Source: an uncultured Kiritimatiellota bacterium (GTDB lineage Bacteria; Verrucomicrobiota; Kiritimatiellia; RFP12; UBA1067). Taken from it: 64,000 nt of DNA. Made by a program: the position numbers and the translations under genes. Shown one piece after another: positions 61,986-64,000 of this stretch (position 1 is the first letter of the stretch; each line of letters starts with the position of its first letter). The stretch spans positions 474-64,473 of the forward strand of contig CAKURH010000001.1 of assembly GCA_934675625.1 (NCBI GenBank), given 5' to 3'. Below the pieces are notes generated by a model. It saw only the letters and a list, made by a program, of their open reading frames with translations, was not told where the DNA came from and searched no databases.

Positions 61986-64000
61986 ATGGTCCTGTTGCTT
62001 GGTTCCGATGCCTATTCACCGTTCCGACTCGACGCCCTTAAGGCGGCGATCGCCAAAGCCGACCCGACGCTTGGGCCGCTCGCGATTGACGCGAAGTGGG
62101 TCTATGCGCTGGAGCTCGCCGACGCGCCGGTCGACGCGCGCGAGCTCGCCCGCGCGGCGGAGCTTCTCAACGCCGAGGGCGGCTGCGACGGGGCCGACTT
62201 CTACGTGACGCCGCGCAAGGGCACGATCTCGCCCTGGAGCTCGAAGGCGACGGACATCTTCCGCAACTGCGGGCTGAAGTCGATCTTGCGCGTCGAGCGG
62301 GGCGTCCGCTTCCGCGTGACGAAATGCGGCGTGCACACGCCAGGGACGAGCGGCCGAGACTTCCCGGAGCGCGCTGCGCTTTCGCCGACGGCCCTTGCCG
62401 CGCTCTACGACAAGATGACCGAGGGCGTCTACGACGACCTTTCCGACCTCTTTGACGTCGCCGAGCCGAAGCCGGGCCGCACGTATGACGTCCTGAAGAA
62501 GGGTGTCGAGGCGATCCGCGAGGCGAACGCGGAAATCGGCCTCGCGATTTCCGAGCCGGAGATGAAGTACCTCGCGGCGAGCTTCAAGAAGGCGAAGCGC
62601 AACCCGACGGACGCCGAGCTCGTCATGTTCGGGCAGGTGAACTCCGAGCACTGCCGCCACAAGATCTTCGGCGCCGAGTTCGTCATCGACGGCAAGAAAC
62701 AGGCGAAGAGCCTCTTCGAGATGATCAAGAACACGCACCAGAAGCGTCCGCAGGACACGCTCTCGGCCTACAAGGACAACTCGGCCGTCGTCGCGGGCTT
62801 CAAGACGGACGTCTTCGCGATCGACCCCGAGACGAACGCCTACGCCTTCAGGCGGGACCATCTCGACCAGCTCATGAAGGTCGAGACGCACAACCACCCG
62901 ACGGCGATCTCGCCGTTCCCGGGCGCGGCGACGGGCGTCGGCGGCGAGATCCGCGACGAGGCGGCGACGGGCACGGGCTCGCGGACGGTCGCGGGCATCT
63001 GCGGCTTCATGGTGTCGAACCTGCGCATTCCAGGCTTCCCCCAGCCGTGGGAGCGCGTCTACGCCGACTTCCCGACGCGCCTCGCGACGCCGCTGCAGAT
63101 CATGACGGAAGGCCCGCTGGGCGGCGCGGCGTTCGGCAACGAGTTTGGCCGTCCCCAGCTCTGCGGGTTCTTCCGCACGTACGAGGGCGAGGTCGCGGGC
63201 GAGCTGCGGGGCTACCACAAGCCGATCATGCTCGCGGGCGGCATGGGCGTCATCCGCCGCAGCCAGGTGCAGAAGAAGGACGTCACGGTCGGCGCGCTGA
63301 TCGTGCAGATCGGCGGGCCGGCGATGCGCATCGGCCTCGGCGGCGGCGCGGCGAGCTCGATGATGACGGGCACGAACTCCGAGGCCCTCGACTTCAACTC
63401 CGTCCAGCGCGGCAACGCCGAGATGCAGCGCCGCTGCCAGGGCGTCATCGACGCCTGCTCGTCGCTCGGCAAGGCGAACCCGATCCTCTCCGTCCACGAC
63501 ATCGGCGCGGGCGGCCTCTCCAACGGCTGCCCCGAGCTCGTCGAGGCGACGGGCGGCACGTTCGAGCTGCGCGCGGTGCACAACGAGGAGCGCTCGATGA
63601 GCCCGATGGAGATCTGGTGCTGCGAGGCGCAGGAGCGCTACGTGCTCGCGCTCCGTCCGGAGGCGAAGGGCTTCTTCGAGTCGCTGTGCGCGCGCGAGCG
63701 GTGCCCGGTCGCGTTCATCGGCGTCGCGACGGGCGACGGCCAGCTCGTCCTCCACGACAGCCACTTCGGCGACAACCCGATCGACATGGACATCAAGGTC
63801 CTGCTCGGCAAGCCGCCGCGCATGGTGCGCAAGGTGAAGCGCACGAAGCAGAAGCGCCTCGCGACGAGCTTCGAGGGCGTGAAGCCGATCGACGCCCTGA
63901 CGCGCGTCCTGCATCTGCCGGCCGTCGCGGACAAGACGTTCCTCGTCACGATCACCGACCGCACCGTCACGGGCCGCGTCGCGCGCGACCAGATGGTCGG
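61986..64000 (+). CDS. purL: Phosphoribosylformylglycinamidine synthase, large single-chain type (3' end beyond the window)
   Basis: …NSEHCRHKIF…, …VETHNHPTAISPFPGAATGVGGEIRDE…; collinear with E. coli PurL. The frame is open to nt 64000. Confidence 0.8.
   Translation, partial: MVLLLGSDAYSPFRLDALKAAIAKADPTLGPLAIDAKWVYALELADAPVDARELARAAELLNAEGGCDGADFYVTPRKGTISPWSSKATDIFRNCGLKSILRVERGVRFRVTKCGVHTPGTSGRDFPERAALSPTALAALYDKMTEGVYDDLSDLFDVAEPKPGRTYDVLKKGVEAIREANAEIGLAISEPEMKYLAASFKKAKRNPTDAELVMFGQVNSEHCRHKIFGAEFVIDGKKQAKSLFEMIKNTHQKRPQDTLSAYKDNSAVVAGFKTDVFAIDPETNAYAFRRDHLDQLMKVETHNHPTAISPFPGAATGVGGEIRDEAATGTGSRTVAGICGFMVSNLRIPGFPQPWERVYADFPTRLATPLQIMTEGPLGGAAFGNEFGRPQLCGFFRTYEGEVAGELRGYHKPIMLAGGMGVIRRSQVQKKDVTVGALIVQIGGPAMRIGLGGGAASSMMTGTNSEALDFNSVQRGNAEMQRRCQGVIDACSSLGKANPILSVHDIGAGGLSNGCPELVEATGGTFELRAVHNEERSMSPMEIWCCEAQERYVLALRPEAKGFFESLCARERCPVAFIGVATGDGQLVLHDSHFGDNPIDMDIKVLLGKPPRMVRKVKRTKQKRLATSFEGVKPIDALTRVLHLPAVADKTFLVTITDRTVTGRVARDQMV

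Noticed and set aside
1-64000. tRNA, rRNA or other structured RNA genes
   Set aside because: The non-coding stretches are essentially accounted for by promoters and the repeat families. No cloverleaf-compatible or rRNA-like segments were recognised by eye, and a proper scan (tRNAscan/Infernal) was not possible.

Overview
A 64 kb, very GC-rich (about 65-70 % by eye) chromosomal segment. About 45 protein-coding genes are packed almost entirely on the + strand. No rRNA or tRNA genes were recognised, and there is no CRISPR array.

Gene content is dominated by secreted carbohydrate-active enzymes: a CE7 acetyl-xylan esterase, two GH2, a GH78-like hydrolase, two paralogous clan-A hydrolases with CBM9-like C-terminal domains, further clan-A and (alpha/alpha)6 hydrolases, and a nucleoside-hydrolase-like::GH2 fusion. 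There are also two XylR-type hybrid regulators, two tandem FGE/SUMF1-domain paralogs, a large LamG-domain surface protein and a 1397-aa triple beta-helix surface protein. Housekeeping genes (folC, fucO, a hexose-6-phosphate mutarotase-like gene, rimO, an acyl-CoA synthetase, purL) sit at the right end. The overall picture is a polysaccharide-degrading, probably PVC-superphylum-like organism; that is an inference from gene content only.

Features worth a second look:
- A dispersed, nested-palindromic MITE-like repeat family with at least 10 copies, bounded by a perfect 19-bp TIR (GCCTGCGGCGCTGAACACG). Two genes read through it, so their C-termini are repeat-encoded.
- A low-GC (about 45-55 %) 4.4 kb island (34.0-38.4 kb) carrying a type II restriction-modification pair plus two exported proteins. 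Its left boundary falls inside the methyltransferase ORF, so the methyltransferase carries a GC-rich, host-like N-terminal domain of unknown function.
- A co-directional cluster of a U32-like TIM-barrel protein, three tandem QueG/RdhA-like [4Fe-4S] paralogs and a Na+/solute symporter, flanked by the two XylR-type regulators. This is a candidate undescribed anaerobic substrate-modification pathway.
- Two homopolymer tracts likely to mediate phase variation: C13 just upstream of the giant beta-helix gene, and G9 inside a small ORF where one extra G restores a GC3-biased reading frame.
- A recurrent extended -10 motif, TGGTATAAT, placed 6-12 nt before start codons, implying leaderless mRNAs for at least six genes.
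- A 7-bp-period AT-rich tandem repeat present at two loci in opposite orientation.
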